Part shown: in pieces, positions 31,395 through 32,000 of the stretch | Layout: each line of letters opens with the position of its first letter | Numbering within the stretch: position 1 is the first letter of the stretch | From: Thermoproteus tenax Kra 1 | Lineage (GTDB): Archaea > Thermoproteota > Thermoprotei > Thermoproteales > Thermoproteaceae | Reading direction: 5' to 3' | DNA length: 32,000 nt | Assembly (NCBI RefSeq): GCF_000253055.1 | Contig: NC_016070.1 | Coordinates: 180,001 to 212,000 of the forward strand | Notes under the pieces: model-generated | What the model saw: only the letters and a program-made list of their open reading frames with translations | Told to the model about the DNA's origin: nothing | The model's database searches: none | Translations under genes and position numbers: made by a program

Positions 31395-32000
31395 ATGGAG
31401 TTTAAACCTGAGCTCAAAGTCGTCACAGAGAGGGGGGACCTGGGCCGGGAATTCTTTCAATTGCTCCTTGCTGTGGAGCTTTCGGGCTCCCTCAAGGGGG
31501 CCTCCGAGGCTCTGAAGGTGCCGTATTCAACGGCGTGGAACACTGTGGCGAGGGCCGAGAGGATCCTCGGCGTCAAGATAGTTGAGGCCTCCAAGAGGGG
31601 AGGCACCACCCTCACCGACAGAGGGCGGGAGCTGTTGAGGCGTTATATGGCGGAGGCGGGCAAGATGGGGCTCGTCCTCGGGCTGAGCGACTTCATATAT
31701 GCGGGAAGCCACGACCCGATTGTTGAGGCCGCCCTCCAGAGGTCTGAGGCGTATTTCGTGGGCTCTATGCGGGGCCTCCTCCTCGTGTCGGAGGGGCTGG
31801 CGCACTTCGGCGGCATCCACCTCGGCGATAACGTCCAGGCGGTGCGGATATACGGCGGAGGGCTCCGTCTGATCCACGGGTTCAAGCGGGAGGTGGGCGT
31901 GGCGTCGAGGCGGGAGCTGAGGCGGCTCAGGGACATAGTGGGCCTCAAAATAGTGAACAGACAGCCAGGCTCCGGGACAAGGCTCCACATCGATAGAGTC
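31395..32000 (+). CDS. ModE-like wHTH + PBP-like domain transcriptional regulator (partial, runs off window)
   Basis: Not in the ORF track because it is open-ended. My translation from ATG 31395 gives MEFKPELKVVTERGDLGREFFQLLLAVELSGSLKGASEALKVPYSTAWNTVARAERILGVKIVEASKRGGTTLTDRGRELL..., a ModE/LysR-type N-terminal HTH. Later comes ...IVNRQPGSGTRLHIDRV, an NRxxGSGTR motif of the PBP-like domain associated with molybdate/tungstate regulators. 202 codons with no stop. Confidence 0.7.
   Translation, partial: MEFKPELKVVTERGDLGREFFQLLLAVELSGSLKGASEALKVPYSTAWNTVARAERILGVKIVEASKRGGTTLTDRGRELLRRYMAEAGKMGLVLGLSDFIYAGSHDPIVEAALQRSEAYFVGSMRGLLLVSEGLAHFGGIHLGDNVQAVRIYGGGLRLIHGFKREVGVASRRELRRLRDIVGLKIVNRQPGSGTRLHIDRV

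Overview
GC-rich (~60%) archaeal chromosomal segment that looks like Thermoproteales (Pyrobaculum/Thermoproteus-like). Coding density is very high. Intergenic spacers are short and AT-rich, with TATA boxes centred about 26 nt upstream of start codons, which implies leaderless mRNAs. Many genes share ATGA-type start/stop overlaps. All calls rest on motif recognition in the supplied ORF translations and on my own reading of the DNA; no database search was possible.

Layout by coordinate:
- 0.1-1.1 kb: a PLP-dependent cysteine-synthase-fold enzyme.
- 1.4-9.1 kb: a nickel / [NiFe]-hydrogenase maturation island. It holds hypD-hypC-hypF, a convergent cbi/nikMNQO ECF metal importer, a divergent nikR, and hypA coupled to an Mrp/MinD-type ATPase. 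There is no hypE and no hydrogenase structural gene in the window.
- 9.1-11.9 kb: a 400-aa uncharacterised multidomain protein and a citramalate/isopropylmalate synthase.
- 11.9-23.0 kb: a permuted complex-I-like (Nuo) locus in two transcription units. The first is nuoJ-K-M-L-N. The second is a single tightly overlapping 8-gene operon in which a 2-oxoacid:ferredoxin oxidoreductase (fused gamma-delta, alpha, beta) is directly followed by nuoI-H-A-B-D. NuoC/E/F/G are absent.
- 23.0-27.8 kb: an MFS transporter, trehalose synthase TreT coupled to an internally duplicated unknown protein, TrpRS, and a TRAM protein.
- 27.8-32.0 kb: a membrane-tethered winged-helix regulator, a ~540-bp GC-rich non-coding and apparently structured region, a secreted His-rich glycoprotein, a CaCA cation exchanger, and a partial ModE-like/PBP-like regulator that runs off the window.

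The most interesting signal is the POR module embedded in the Nuo operon. It is a candidate dedicated electron-input module for a ferredoxin/2-oxoacid-driven complex I-like enzyme.
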